Assembly: GCA_013153965.1 (NCBI GenBank)
Contig: JAADDJ010000016.1
Location: 23,530-87,529 of the forward strand
Length of the DNA stretch: 64,000 nucleotides
Source: Thermotogota bacterium
GTDB lineage: Bacteria; Hydrothermota; Hydrothermia; LBFQ01
Reading direction: 5' to 3'
The position numbers and the translations under genes were made by a program. This document shows, piece after piece, positions 35,993-45,340 of the stretch. The number at the start of each line of letters is the position of its first letter. The first letter of the stretch is position 1. The notes under the pieces were generated by a model. That model worked only from the letters and a program-made list of their open reading frames with translations. It searched no databases and was not told the origin of the DNA.

Positions 35993-36925
35993 TTAACTTA
36001 TCCTTTCAACGAAGGAAAACTTGAACGTTATCTCCTGCGGTTTTCCGAAGGGGGTTATACGGACCGTGACGGTGCCGTTCTCCTCATCCACGCTCACGAC
36101 CTTACCCTCCCATCCCTTGAAGGCACCCTCAACGATGCGCACGCGGTCCCCTTCAACGAAGGGCACCTTCCTCTTGCTCTCCTCCTCCTGCTGGCGTATG
36201 AGCTCCTCTATACGCCGGATCTCCTCGTCGGACATCTTCATGTAGGTGGGCTCACCCGTCTCGGGATCGCGGGCCCTTATGGGGCGGGTCTTGGATATGA
36301 TCTGGGTGATCTTGTCTATCACCTTCTGGTCCTCCTCCATCTTTATGAAGAGATAGCCCCGATAGATGGGCTTCTCCACTATCCTCATCTCCTCAATCAC
36401 CTCGTACTGGCCGGGGGCAGGTTTGAGGGCGCTCTTGACAGCCCTGTAGGACATCCCCCAGTTCTTAAACTTCCGCTCCACCTCGGGAAGGTTGCGCTCG
36501 TTGATCCCCAGAATCACCGGTTTGAGACCGGCCTCCTTCAGGAGTCGGAACAGCTCCTCAAGTCTGTACCTATCCACCTTCTCAAACCTGTAGAGATTCC
36601 GCTTGACCTCCGAGTAGGGGTAGGGGAGTTCTACCCCTTCGGGCTTGCCAAGGAAACCCAAGGGATACGAGAGGGTGAATTTGATGAAATCAACGGGCAG
36701 ATTCTCGCCCCAATCCTCAATTATCACATCTACGAGACGGGGTTTGCGCTTACGCTTTATGAATCTGGTCGTACGTATGGTCGGCACGAATACGCTCTCA
36801 ACCTTATCCTCCAGTCCGAGGTCCTTTATCAACTTCTCTATGCGCCTCTTCGTCCGCAGCTCCTGTCCCGAGACGGTCCAGAATACCAGCCAGTTCTTCT
36901 CCCTAACTTCGGGCATGGGCTCCAC
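35993..36925 (-). CDS. nusG: Transcription termination/antitermination factor NusG with ~130-aa insertion in the NGN domain
   Basis: The NGN start is NWLVFWTVSGQE..VESVFVPT, resuming at IYRGYLFIKM. The KOW domain is FVEGDRVRIVEGAFKGWEGKVVSVD. The product is 310 aa, against ~180 aa for standard NusG. Confidence 0.9.
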   Translation of the reverse strand: MEPMPEVREKNWLVFWTVSGQELRTKRRIEKLIKDLGLEDKVESVFVPTIRTTRFIKRKRKPRLVDVIIEDWGENLPVDFIKFTLSYPLGFLGKPEGVELPYPYSEVKRNLYRFEKVDRYRLEELFRLLKEAGLKPVILGINERNLPEVERKFKNWGMSYRAVKSALKPAPGQYEVIEEMRIVEKPIYRGYLFIKMEEDQKVIDKITQIISKTRPIRARDPETGEPTYMKMSDEEIRRIEELIRQQEEESKRKVPFVEGDRVRIVEGAFKGWEGKVVSVDEENGTVTVRITPFGKPQEITFKFSFVERIS

Positions 36926-36928
36926 CTC

Positions 36929-37165
36929 CTATCCACCCAATATGGCCAAGAGGACCTTGGATATGAGCATATCGGAGATCCAGATGTACAGGGTGGTGAA
37001 TAGGGAGATGGCGATCACACCCACCGTTCCGGCTATGAGACTGTTCCAATCGGGCCAAGTCAGACGGCCGAGCTCCTCCTTCATGCCCTCCATGAACTCG
37101 GGGAGGTTGAGGAGAACGTCGGCCAACTTACCGAAGGTCTCCTTCAGGGAGTGAATTACGCTCAT
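36929..37165 (-). CDS. secE: Preprotein translocase subunit SecE
   Basis: LGRLTWPDWNSLIAGTVGVIAISLFTTLYIWISD is a single C-terminal TM. Its position between rpmG and nusG supports the call. Confidence 0.85.
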   Translation of the reverse strand: MSVIHSLKETFGKLADVLLNLPEFMEGMKEELGRLTWPDWNSLIAGTVGVIAISLFTTLYIWISDMLISKVLLAILGG

Positions 37166-37329
37166 ACCCTCGCCTCCTTATGGAGCGTGTGCCTGCGGCA
37201 CCACTTGCAGTATTTACGCAGCTCTATCTTCTTCCTGTTGGTGCGCTGTTTGCTTATCGCATAGTTAAATCTGCCGCACACGGTGCATTTGAGCCCCACC
37301 GTATGCCTCCCTTGGGTCTTCTTGGCCAT
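37162..37329 (-). CDS. rpmG: 50S ribosomal protein L33 (Cys4 zinc-binding form)
   Basis: MAKKTQGRHTVGLKCTVCGRFNY..KYCKWCRRHTLHKE. The track ORF start (37359) would overlap tRNA-Trp, so ATG 37329 is used. Confidence 0.9.
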   Translation of the reverse strand: MAKKTQGRHTVGLKCTVCGRFNYAISKQRTNRKKIELRKYCKWCRRHTLHKEARV

Positions 37330-37332
37330 AAA

Positions 37333-37405
<73 letters not shown>

Positions 37406-37439
37406 ACGCCTCCCTTCGGGGGGGGACTTAGCGGAAGGT

Positions 37440-37445
37440 ATTATA
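37440..37445 (-). promoter_or_regulatory. -10 box TATAAT upstream of tRNA-Trp/rpmG operon
   Basis: The minus strand reads CAGCAGTATAATACC, 34 nt before the tRNA 5' end. The leader contains a CCCCCC-GAAG-GGAGG hairpin. Confidence 0.45.
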
Positions 37446-37468
37446 CTGCTGAAAGGAAGCCGTGTGGT

Positions 37469-38284
37469 TCAATCCTCATGCACGTCAAACCGGACGAACC
37501 GGCGAACCGTGTAGTCCCCCTGCTCCTTCAGCCACTCGCCGAAGGTCTTCTTGCTGTCCTTCATGTAGGGTTGATCAAGGAGGGTCTTCTCCCTCAGGAA
37601 GGCCTTTATCTTGCCCTCAACTATGCGAGGTATTATGTGCTCGGGCTTACCCTCCTGTCGCACCTGCTCCTCGTATATCTCCCTCTCTTTCTGGAGGATC
37701 TCCTCCGGGAAGTCATCCTTGGAGACGGCTATGGGCTTCATGGCGGTTATCTGCATGGCGGTCTCCTTCGCCACCTCCTCGTTGGGAGGGTAAATCTCCA
37801 CCATCGTTCCCTGCGTGGCTCCCGGATGGATGTATATGTATATCATGCCGTCGTCGGTGGAGAAGTACGCCACCTTCTTTATCTCTATCTTCTCACCGAC
37901 CTTTCCCGAGAGGAGTTTCATCTCCTCCTCAAGGGCCTCGTCCAGAAGCTCCTCAACGCTGTTGGCCTTCTTCTGAAGCTGGACCTGAAGGGCCTTCTCG
38001 CCGAAGGCCTTGAAGTCGTCGGTCCTCGCGACGAAGTCCGTCTCGCAACCCACCTCAACCATGGCTCCCCACTTGAAATTCTCGTCCAGAGCGGAGAATA
38101 TCAACCCCTCCTTGGTGGTTCTGGCCACCTTCTTCTCCGCCTTCGCTATACCCATCTTCTTGAGGATCTCCACGGCCTTATCGGGGTCGTTGTTCGCCTC
38201 CTCCAGAGCCTTCTTCACGTCCATAAGGCCGGCCCCCGTGGCCTCACGAACCATCTTTATAAGTTCCATCGGAACCTTTGCCAT
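37469..38284 (-). CDS. tsf: Elongation factor Ts
   Basis: ELIKMVREATGAGLMDVKKALEEANNDPDKAVEILKK is the UBA-like N-terminus. EVGCETDFVARTDDF is also present. Confidence 0.95.
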   Translation of the reverse strand: MAKVPMELIKMVREATGAGLMDVKKALEEANNDPDKAVEILKKMGIAKAEKKVARTTKEGLIFSALDENFKWGAMVEVGCETDFVARTDDFKAFGEKALQVQLQKKANSVEELLDEALEEEMKLLSGKVGEKIEIKKVAYFSTDDGMIYIYIHPGATQGTMVEIYPPNEEVAKETAMQITAMKPIAVSKDDFPEEILQKEREIYEEQVRQEGKPEHIIPRIVEGKIKAFLREKTLLDQPYMKDSKKTFGEWLKEQGDYTVRRFVRFDVHED

Positions 38285-38308
38285 CTTGGAACCTCCTTGG
38301 TTTTCGTC

Positions 38309-39148
38309 TTACGAAACCTGCGTTGTCTCCGTCTCCTCCGGGAGTATTCCGCCGGCGGCCTCCCTCTCCCTCTTACCGTCAAGGTAGCCTTGGGCGACTA
38401 TATGGGTGATGAAGCGGATGCTCTTCATGGACTCGTCGTTGGCGGGTATGGGCAGGTCCACCATCTCGGGGTCGGCATTGGTATCAACTATGCCTATGGA
38501 GGGAATGCCCAGCTTCTTCACCTCGTAGGCGGCTATGTGGTTGTACTTGGGGTCCACGATATAGACGAGGTCGGGAAGGTGGTTCATGTTCTCTATACCA
38601 CCGAAGAGCTTGCGGAGCTTGGCGTACTCTCTCTGCATCTTGAGGATCTCCTTCTTGGTGTAGGGAAGGACCTCCCCGCGACGGCGACGCTCCTCAAACT
38701 CCACGAAGAGGGATTCGTACTCCTTCATCTTGAGGATGCGCTTGTGGATGGTCTCAAAGTTGGTCAGCAACCCTCCGGGCCACCTTTCCACCACGTAGAA
38801 GGCTCCCACCCTGCGCGCCTCCTCCTTTATGATGGCGCGAGCTTGGGGTTTGGTGCTCACGAAGAGGACCGTGCCCCCACGCCGGCCCTCCTCCCTCATG
38901 CGCTCGTAGGCTTTACGTAGGGCGACGACGGTGTAGCGCACGTCTATGACGTGGATACCGTTGCGGACGGCGTATATGAAGGGTTTCATCTTGGGATTCC
39001 ATCGGCTCTTGCGGTGTCCGTAGTGGGCCCCGACCTCAAAGAGCTTCTTCAGGAGCTCCTTGGGGTTGTTCAGAAGCTCCCGAACGTCCATCTCCTCCAG
39101 ATTAACGTTTGGTGTACTGCCAAGCCCTTCTTCTCTTAGTTCTTCCAT
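38309..39148 (-). CDS. rpsB: 30S ribosomal protein S2
   Basis: Motifs GAHYGHRKSRWNPKMKPFIY..GIHVIDV..DLVYIVDP..IPSIGIVDTNADP. Start 39148 has a well-spaced GGAGAGG SD but overlaps rpsI by 47 nt. The alternative ATG 39091 (MDVRELL) gives a more typical N-terminal length. Confidence 0.9.
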   Translation of the reverse strand: MEELREEGLGSTPNVNLEEMDVRELLNNPKELLKKLFEVGAHYGHRKSRWNPKMKPFIYAVRNGIHVIDVRYTVVALRKAYERMREEGRRGGTVLFVSTKPQARAIIKEEARRVGAFYVVERWPGGLLTNFETIHKRILKMKEYESLFVEFEERRRRGEVLPYTKKEILKMQREYAKLRKLFGGIENMNHLPDLVYIVDPKYNHIAAYEVKKLGIPSIGIVDTNADPEMVDLPIPANDESMKSIRFITHIVAQGYLDGKREREAAGGILPEETETTQVS

Positions 39149-39488
39149 ACTTCATCCTCTCCTTTTCTCTGGGATCGCGCGTAAGCATGCCGGCCTTGCG
39201 GAGTATCGGGCGCTTGGAGGGGTCCAGTATGACTATGGCCCTCGCCAGAGCGTGGCGAACCGCTCCGGCCTGACCGGATACACCGCCCCCCTCAACTCTC
39301 ACCTTGATATCAACCACGTCCCTAAGGCCGGTGGCCTCTAAGGGCTCCAAGGCCCACTGCACGAGGTGAGCCTTCTTGAAGTACTCTTGGGGCGATTTCC
39401 CGTTTATGAAGACCCTGCCGCTGCCCCTCTTGAGCGTTACGCGGGCCACCGCCCTCTTTCTGGATCCTGAAACATTCACTATCTCCAT
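39102..39488 (-). CDS. rpsI: 30S ribosomal protein S9
   Basis: Motifs GSRKRAVARV..GGGVSGQAGAVRHALARA..LTRDPREKERMKYGRTKRRRAWQYTKR. Confidence 0.96.
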   Translation of the reverse strand: MEIVNVSGSRKRAVARVTLKRGSGRVFINGKSPQEYFKKAHLVQWALEPLEATGLRDVVDIKVRVEGGGVSGQAGAVRHALARAIVILDPSKRPILRKAGMLTRDPREKERMKYGRTKRRRAWQYTKR

Positions 39489-39501
39489 TTTCTTCTCCGG
39501 T

Positions 39502-39939
39502 TTAAACCTTTATGTCCAAAGGCTTGGGCCTCTGAGCCACGTGCGGATGGGTGTCGGAGGCGTAAATCTTCAGACGCTTGAGTCTGCGCTTGCGCAGCTT
39601 GTTGCGGGGTAGCATCCTCTTCACGGCGAGGTGGAGAACCTTCTCGGGATGGTGCTGGAGCATCCACCAGAGGGGGCGCTCCTTGAGGCCGCTGGGGTAT
39701 CCGCTGTGCCACCGGTACATCTTCTGCTGCATCTTCTTGCCGGTTATCTTGACCTTGTGGGCGTTTATGACGATGACGAAATCGCCCATATCCACGTGGG
39801 GTGAGTACTGGGGCTTGTGCTTACCCATGAGAATCTTGGCTATCTCGGAGGCCAAACGCCCCAAGGTCTTGCCGGTGGCATCTACGACGTACCACTCTCT
39901 CTTCACATCCTCCTTCCTTAAAAATGGCGTTGCTCTCAC
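39502..39939 (-). CDS. rplM: 50S ribosomal protein L13
   Basis: Motifs [57 protein letters not shown]. The GTG start is preceded by AAGGAGGATAGGAAA. Confidence 0.96.
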   Translation of the reverse strand: MRATPFLRKEDVKREWYVVDATGKTLGRLASEIAKILMGKHKPQYSPHVDMGDFVIVINAHKVKITGKKMQQKMYRWHSGYPSGLKERPLWWMLQHHPEKVLHLAVKRMLPRNKLRKRRLKRLKIYASDTHPHVAQRPKPLDIKV

Positions 39940-39978
39940 TTTCCTATCCTCCTTTTATTATCCCAAACTAAGGCGCCT

Positions 39979-39984
39979 ATTATA
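39979..39984 (-). promoter_or_regulatory. Extended -10 promoter (TGTATAAT) of the rplM-rpsI operon, leadered
   Basis: The minus strand reads TTCAAGTGTATAATAGG. A 39-nt leader with AAGGAGG precedes GTG 39939. Confidence 0.55.
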
Positions 39985-40010
39985 CACTTGAAAGGCGGGT
40001 GGGGAGAGGG

Positions 40011-42380
40011 TCATTCGCACTTGGAGTAGCCGCAGTTCTTACACACCCAGCAGCCGTTCTCGTTTATGAGCCTCTCGCCGCACTCCGGACAGAAGACTCC
40101 CTCAACCACGTCCCCGTCCTCCCTGATGGCCTCCACCTCGTACCTTACATCCTCATCCGAGGAGGTGAGCTTTACGACGATGCCTATCTTAGGTCTCTCG
40201 TTCTCCTGAACTACGGGCAGGGCCCCGCTCTCAAGGAAGGTCTCCAGAGCGCGGGCTATGGCGTCGGGGACCGACCACACCAGACTACCGTCGGGCTGAC
40301 GTACCGGCGAAGAGGACTTTATGCCCTTGAGCTGATGGATGATGGCGTCGGGGGAGACGTCGGAGCGGAGGGCCAAGGATATGAGTCGGCCTATGGCCTC
40401 CGACATGGCCATGAGGGAGGAGCCCGACTTTCCGAGGTGTATGAAGACCTCCTTGGGTCCGTTCTCGCCGTCCGTATTCACGGTTATATACACGGTTCCC
40501 ATCTCGGTCTTGAACTTGTAGGTCTTGCCGACCATGACCATCGGGCGGGGCTTCGGGGATATCTTCTTCCTCACCCGGACCGTGGTCTTCTCCTCTTTAG
40601 GTTTGCTCTCGGTTATGAGGATACCCTCGCGGGAGCCTTCCCTATAGACGGTGACGCCCTTCAGGCCGGATTTGGCGGCCAAGGTGTATATGCGGCCTAT
40701 CTCCTCCGGCGTGGTCTCGCGGGGTAGGTTTATGGTTGAGGATATGGCTTGGTCTATGTGCTTTTGAATTACAGCCTGCATCTTGACCCGCTTCTCCGGA
40801 TCTATCCGGTGGGCCGTTATGAAGTAGTCGGGGAACTCCTCCTCGTCCATGTCCCGCTTTCCGAGCATCTCCATGTACTGGCGCGCCAGAGGGTGATAGA
40901 CGCGGAACTCGCTCGCGGATAGACTCTCCGCCCTGCGGATGTAGTAGAGGGCGAATATGGGCTCTATGCCGGAGGATGTGCCGGCCAGAAGGGAGCCCGA
41001 CCCCACGGGAGGGACGGTCAGGTAGGCGATGTTTCTCAAGCCGTGGCGCGATATCCTGTCAAGAAGCTCCCCATCAAAGTCGGCGAAGAATGGGCTCTCA
41101 AGATGCTTGGTGCCATCGTAGTCGGGGAAGGTACCCTTCTCAACGGCCAGATTCACGCCCTCATCATAGACGACGTGTTTCATCCACCTGAACAACCTAT
41201 CCACGAACTCTATGGCCTCGTCGCTGTCGTACCTTAGGCGAAGCTTGGCGAGCATATCGCCGAGTCCGGTGAATCCCACACCTATACGCCTGCGCCTGTA
41301 GGAAGCCTCCCTCTGACCCTCCAGAGGCTCCCGGTCCATGTTGTAGTCATTCACGTCGTCCAAGAATCGTACGTTGTAGCGCAACGCCCTCTCCAAACTC
41401 TCGTAATCTATGCGGGCGCTCTCGCTGAAGGGCTCCAGAACGAAGGCCGATAGATTCACGTTGGAGAGGTTGCAGGCCCCGTACGGCTCCAGAGGGATCT
41501 CCGAGCAGGGATTGGTGCTTATTACCGGTGCCACGTACCATCCGGTATCGTACTTCTTGACGTTGGACCAGAGGATGATACCCGGCTCGGCCGACTCCCA
41601 AGCATTCTTTATTATCAGGTTCCACAGGTCGCGGGCGGGCATCCTCCTCTCTATGCGTCCCACCTCGTCGCTCTCGTAGGCCATAACCCACTCCTCATCC
41701 CTCTCAACGGCCTCTATCAAATCGTTGGACACCTTAACCGAGATGTTCGCGTAGCGCACCCGGCGACGCTCCGGATCGTTCTTTATGGTGATGAACTCCG
41801 GGACGTCGGGATGGTCGTCGTTTATGGTTATCATCAGGGCTCCCCTTCGGCCCTGCTGGCCTATGGTCCCCGTGACGTGGGAGAAGAGGTCCATGAAGGA
41901 TATGGAGCCGGTGGAGAATATGGCTGCGTTATTTACGGGGGCACCGGCGGGTCGCAGGACGGAGATATCCACGCCCACCCCTCCTCCACGGCTGTAGGTC
42001 CGGGCCATCTCCTTGGCGGCCTCAAATATCCCCTCTATGGAGTCCTCCTTGATCGGGATCACGTAGCAGTTCTTCAGGGTAACCTTGCGGGGGTTTCCGG
42101 CACCGAACATGATCCTCCCGCCGGGAACCACCTTGAAGTCCTTCAGCATCCAATAGAAACGCTCCTCCCAGAGCTTGCGATTCTCCTCATCCCTCTCAAC
42201 GGAGGCTATCTCTCGCGCCACCCTCCTCCACATCTGCTCGGGGTTATCCTCAAGGACCCGTCCGTCGTAGTCTCTCAGGGCGTACTTGTCCAAGAAGACT
42301 CGGGCTCGGAGCTCGTCTCCGCCGAACCAAGCTTTGGCCTTTTCAAAGGTTTCGGGGTCGTATCCTTTGGAGATCGGCAT
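40011..42380 (-). CDS. nrdJ: Class II (adenosylcobalamin-dependent) ribonucleotide reductase
   Basis: Motifs NPCSEIPLEPYGACNLSNVNL, SGIEPIFALYY, ISSTINLP, and a C-terminal Cys cluster CPECG..CWVCKNCGYSKCE. Confidence 0.9.
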   Translation of the reverse strand: MPISKGYDPETFEKAKAWFGGDELRARVFLDKYALRDYDGRVLEDNPEQMWRRVAREIASVERDEENRKLWEERFYWMLKDFKVVPGGRIMFGAGNPRKVTLKNCYVIPIKEDSIEGIFEAAKEMARTYSRGGGVGVDISVLRPAGAPVNNAAIFSTGSISFMDLFSHVTGTIGQQGRRGALMITINDDHPDVPEFITIKNDPERRRVRYANISVKVSNDLIEAVERDEEWVMAYESDEVGRIERRMPARDLWNLIIKNAWESAEPGIILWSNVKKYDTGWYVAPVISTNPCSEIPLEPYGACNLSNVNLSAFVLEPFSESARIDYESLERALRYNVRFLDDVNDYNMDREPLEGQREASYRRRRIGVGFTGLGDMLAKLRLRYDSDEAIEFVDRLFRWMKHVVYDEGVNLAVEKGTFPDYDGTKHLESPFFADFDGELLDRISRHGLRNIAYLTVPPVGSGSLLAGTSSGIEPIFALYYIRRAESLSASEFRVYHPLARQYMEMLGKRDMDEEEFPDYFITAHRIDPEKRVKMQAVIQKHIDQAISSTINLPRETTPEEIGRIYTLAAKSGLKGVTVYREGSREGILITESKPKEEKTTVRVRKKISPKPRPMVMVGKTYKFKTEMGTVYITVNTDGENGPKEVFIHLGKSGSSLMAMSEAIGRLISLALRSDVSPDAIIHQLKGIKSSSPVRQPDGSLVWSVPDAIARALETFLESGALPVVQENERPKIGIVVKLTSSDEDVRYEVEAIREDGDVVEGVFCPECGERLINENGCWVCKNCGYSKCE

Positions 42381-42511
42381 AGGCCGATAGTCTTAGGGCG
42401 AAGAGGATGGGGGAGGCTCCGCCATGATCCCACGACGGACGGGACTTCGGGCCCTTCGGGGGATAAAAATCTCATTTAGGCTGGCTGCCTTTTATTTTTG
42501 CAGCTCCCCCT

Positions 42512-44470
42512 TTACATTTTTGAACGGCCCAGAACCTTGAGGACGAAGGCGTGGCGCAGGGCCACCTCCTCCAGATACTGGTACCGGCCCATCTTACCAG
42601 CGTGCCCGGCCGACATGTCCGTCCAGAGGAGTATGGGCGTCTTGGCCCGGTTGCTCTCCCGAAGCTTGAGAACCCACTTCGCCGGCTCCCAGTACCCCAC
42701 CCGCACGTCGTACAGACTGGTCATGGCCAGAATCGGGGGATATCTGTCCGGCTTCACGTTGTCGTATGGGGAGTAGGAGCGTATGTATCGGAAGTACAGG
42801 GAATCCTTCGGATTGCCCCACTCGTCGTACTCCTGAACGGTCAGAGGGAGACTGGGATCAAGCATGGTGTTGAGCACATCTACGAAGGGGACTATGGCAA
42901 CGGCCGCTCCGAACAGGTACGGCTTGAGGTTGAGGGCACCTCCGACGGTTATACCCCCGGCGCTCGCTCCCTGTATGGCTATCCGTCCCTTCTCCGTCCA
43001 ACCGTCAATTATCATGTACTCCGCCGCCTCAACGAAGTCGTATATGGTATTCCTCTTCTTGAGGAGTTTGCCCTCCTGATGCCACCTCTCGCCGAACTCC
43101 CCTCCCCCGCGCACGTGGGCTATAGCGAAGATGAAACCTCTGTCAAGGAGAGAGGGGATGGTGATGGAGAAGCCGGCGTCGTTGGGGGAGCCGTAGGCTC
43201 CGTAGCCCACGAGATATAGGGGATTTCTCCGGTCCCTCCTGAAGCGATCCTTCCGATAGGCCACGGTTATGGGTACCTTCGTACCGTCGTAGCTGGTCGC
43301 CCATATCCGCTCAACCTTGTAGAGTTTGGGGTCGTAGTTGGGTACGGGTTTGGTCCAACGCTTGCGCAACCTCCGCTTCTCCACATCGTACTCGTATATG
43401 GTGGGCGGGGTGCGTAGGGAAGTGTAGTATATGCGCACCCGCGATGTCTCGTACTCGTAGTTGCCCGCGAGCGTCACGTAGTACGCCGGCTCCCGGAAGT
43501 TTATCCGGTGGAGCTCTCCGCTCTTCAGGTCGTATATGCGTATGGACTTGAGTCCCTCGTATCGGCCCTCCAAGGCCAAGAAGTCCCTGAAGACCTCAAT
43601 ATCCTCCAGAGGCTCGTCGGGATTCTCGGGTATAAGCTCCTCAACCTCGCCCGTCCTCTCGTCCATGGAGAGAACGCGGTAGTTGGGGGCGTCCTCGTTG
43701 GTGAGGATGTAGAACCTATCGCCGCCGTGATAGACCCAGTACTTGACGCCGTCCTTGCGGGGGAAGAACTCTCTTCTGTGGGGCCATATGAGGGTGGTGA
43801 TGTTGCTCCCCGTGTTGCCGGATGTGGCGAAGACGTACCCGTCCTTACTGCGGTATATGCCGACGAAGAAGCGATCATCGTCGTCGCGGAAGATCTCCCT
43901 ATCCTCCTTCGGATCCGTCCCGGGGATATGGAGCATAACCCGGTAGGGACGCTTCGTTCCCTCCTTCTCAAGGACGTATATGAGGCGGTTGTCGTCGGTC
44001 CATAGGAATTCTCCCCACGACACGCCCTCTACGCGAGCGACGATGCGCCCACTGGCCATGTCCTTGACGTATAGGGTGAAGTTCTCGGCCCCGGTGGTGT
44101 CGTGCGCGTAGGCCATGTAGCGCCCGTCCTTGGTGAAATCCACCCCTCCGGGGGCGAAGAATTCGTGTCCCTCGGCCAGGGCGTTCCAGTCCAGAATGAC
44201 CTCCGGCTTTGACCTCAGGCTCCTCCTGCGCTGCACCACGGTGAAATTCTTCCCCTCCTCGTACCGCTCGTTGTAGTAGTACCTGCCCCACCGGTACGGA
44301 TAGGTCTCGTATGTCCCGGCTATGCGGCTCCTGTACTCGGCTATCAGCCTCTCCCGCAGGGGTTTGGTATCCTCAAGGAACCTCTCCGTGCGCTCGTTCT
44401 CCTTGCGAAGGAATTCCAAGACCTTAGGGTCCTTTCTCTCAACGTCCTTAAGCCATGCGTACTTGTCCAT
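42512..44470 (-). CDS. ptrB: Oligopeptidase B / prolyl oligopeptidase family serine protease (S9A)
   Basis: MDKYAWLKDVERKDPKVLEFLRKEN, catalytic GASAGGITVG, and HVRGGGEFGERWHQEG. The start is set at ATG 44470, preceded by GGAGGTCAAACG. Confidence 0.85.
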   Translation of the reverse strand: MDKYAWLKDVERKDPKVLEFLRKENERTERFLEDTKPLRERLIAEYRSRIAGTYETYPYRWGRYYYNERYEEGKNFTVVQRRRSLRSKPEVILDWNALAEGHEFFAPGGVDFTKDGRYMAYAHDTTGAENFTLYVKDMASGRIVARVEGVSWGEFLWTDDNRLIYVLEKEGTKRPYRVMLHIPGTDPKEDREIFRDDDDRFFVGIYRSKDGYVFATSGNTGSNITTLIWPHRREFFPRKDGVKYWVYHGGDRFYILTNEDAPNYRVLSMDERTGEVEELIPENPDEPLEDIEVFRDFLALEGRYEGLKSIRIYDLKSGELHRINFREPAYYVTLAGNYEYETSRVRIYYTSLRTPPTIYEYDVEKRRLRKRWTKPVPNYDPKLYKVERIWATSYDGTKVPITVAYRKDRFRRDRRNPLYLVGYGAYGSPNDAGFSITIPSLLDRGFIFAIAHVRGGGEFGERWHQEGKLLKKRNTIYDFVEAAEYMIIDGWTEKGRIAIQGASAGGITVGGALNLKPYLFGAAVAIVPFVDVLNTMLDPSLPLTVQEYDEWGNPKDSLYFRYIRSYSPYDNVKPDRYPPILAMTSLYDVRVGYWEPAKWVLKLRESNRAKTPILLWTDMSAGHAGKMGRYQYLEEVALRHAFVLKVLGRSKM

Positions 44471-44517
44471 CGTTTGACCTCCCGATGTTATGAGAATCTG
44501 CAAGAGCAAAGGCCACT

Positions 44518-44523
44518 ATTTTA
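44518..44523 (-). promoter_or_regulatory. -10 box TAAAAT for ptrB (47-nt leader with SD)
   Basis: The minus strand reads GGCGGTAAAATAGTGG. Confidence 0.4.
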
Positions 44524-44539
44524 CCGCCGGTTTCCCCGT

Positions 44540-44545
44540 TAGAAT
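44540..44545 (+). promoter_or_regulatory. -10 box TAGAAT, 6 nt upstream of ATG 44552 (leaderless-type)
   Basis: Sequence CCGTTAGAATACTCCC-ATG. The TAG inside the box is in frame, so the ORF cannot start further upstream. Confidence 0.5.
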
Positions 44546-44551
44546 ACTCCC

Positions 44552-45340
44552 ATGCTCCTTCTGGTGGGTTATGCGTACGACATCTTCAACCTCGGCTTTT
44601 CGCCTTGGGAGTTGGAGGGCAGGGCCTTCCCCGACTACACCTTCTATTCGGCCGTATTCAACTACGCCGCCGGAACGTACGGGGGCGTGGTGGGTGGAAA
44701 CTACGGGAGCTTCGGAGGGCGGATGAAGTTTTTCACGTCGGGGAACATGGACATGACCGATGAGGAGGGGAACGTGGTGGGGAGTTTCACATCCAACTTC
44801 GTCTCGTTGGGGGGGCTCTACGGAACCACGTTCAAGGGATTCTCCGTCAGGGGAGGCTTGAGCCTCCTATACGTCTCCCTCTCCCCCCAGAGTAGGGGGA
44901 TAGCACTGGGCCTTCTGGGGGATGCGAGACGTAGGTTTCCCAAGGAGTGGGGCCACTGGGATGTATGGGCCACGCTGGATGGCTTGGGATACGAAGTCGT
45001 ACCTGCTGGGCTGTACCGCACCCTCACGTCCTTCCGCGCCTACGCCGGAGCGGGTGTCAAGTTCCACCGCCTCATCTCCTACCTGCAGGCGGCGTATTAC
45101 TACGTCGGGGGACCGGCCCTGATGCTCGGAGCGGGGCTGGATTACGGGCTGCTTCGGGTTCTCGTGGGGTACGACTCCCACTACTCGGACCTCTACGGGG
45201 GCTACGGTCGGGATAGGCTCGCCGGTACCTACTTTTCCTTCTCCCTCTCCTACAACCGCTTCCACTTCTCGTACGCGTACAACCCTATGGGTCTCCTCGG
45301 GGACAGACACATTCTCGGCGTGGCCTACGACCTGCGATGA
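44552..45340 (+). CDS. Hypothetical outer-membrane beta-barrel-like protein
   Basis: Gly/Tyr-rich alternating hydrophobic strands (GLSLLYVSLS, AYAGAGVKF, FSFSLSYNRFHFSYAY). Only a 12-aa hydrophobic N-terminus. I recognise no family. Confidence 0.45.
   Translation: MLLLVGYAYDIFNLGFSPWELEGRAFPDYTFYSAVFNYAAGTYGGVVGGNYGSFGGRMKFFTSGNMDMTDEEGNVVGSFTSNFVSLGGLYGTTFKGFSVRGGLSLLYVSLSPQSRGIALGLLGDARRRFPKEWGHWDVWATLDGLGYEVVPAGLYRTLTSFRAYAGAGVKFHRLISYLQAAYYYVGGPALMLGAGLDYGLLRVLVGYDSHYSDLYGGYGRDRLAGTYFSFSLSYNRFHFSYAYNPMGLLGDRHILGVAYDLR

Noticed and set aside
34289-35993. L10(L12)4 and L1 autoregulatory mRNA leaders
   Set aside because: rplK, rplA, rplJ and rplL are separated by -4 to +12 nt. There is no intergenic space for the leader structures known from E. 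coli.
42381-42511. Cobalamin riboswitch or NrdR boxes upstream of nrdJ
   Set aside because: I could find no B12-box-like core (..GCCACUG..) and no AT-rich 16-bp NrdR palindromes. The region is also shorter than a typical cobalamin riboswitch. It is left as a low-interest unassigned leader.
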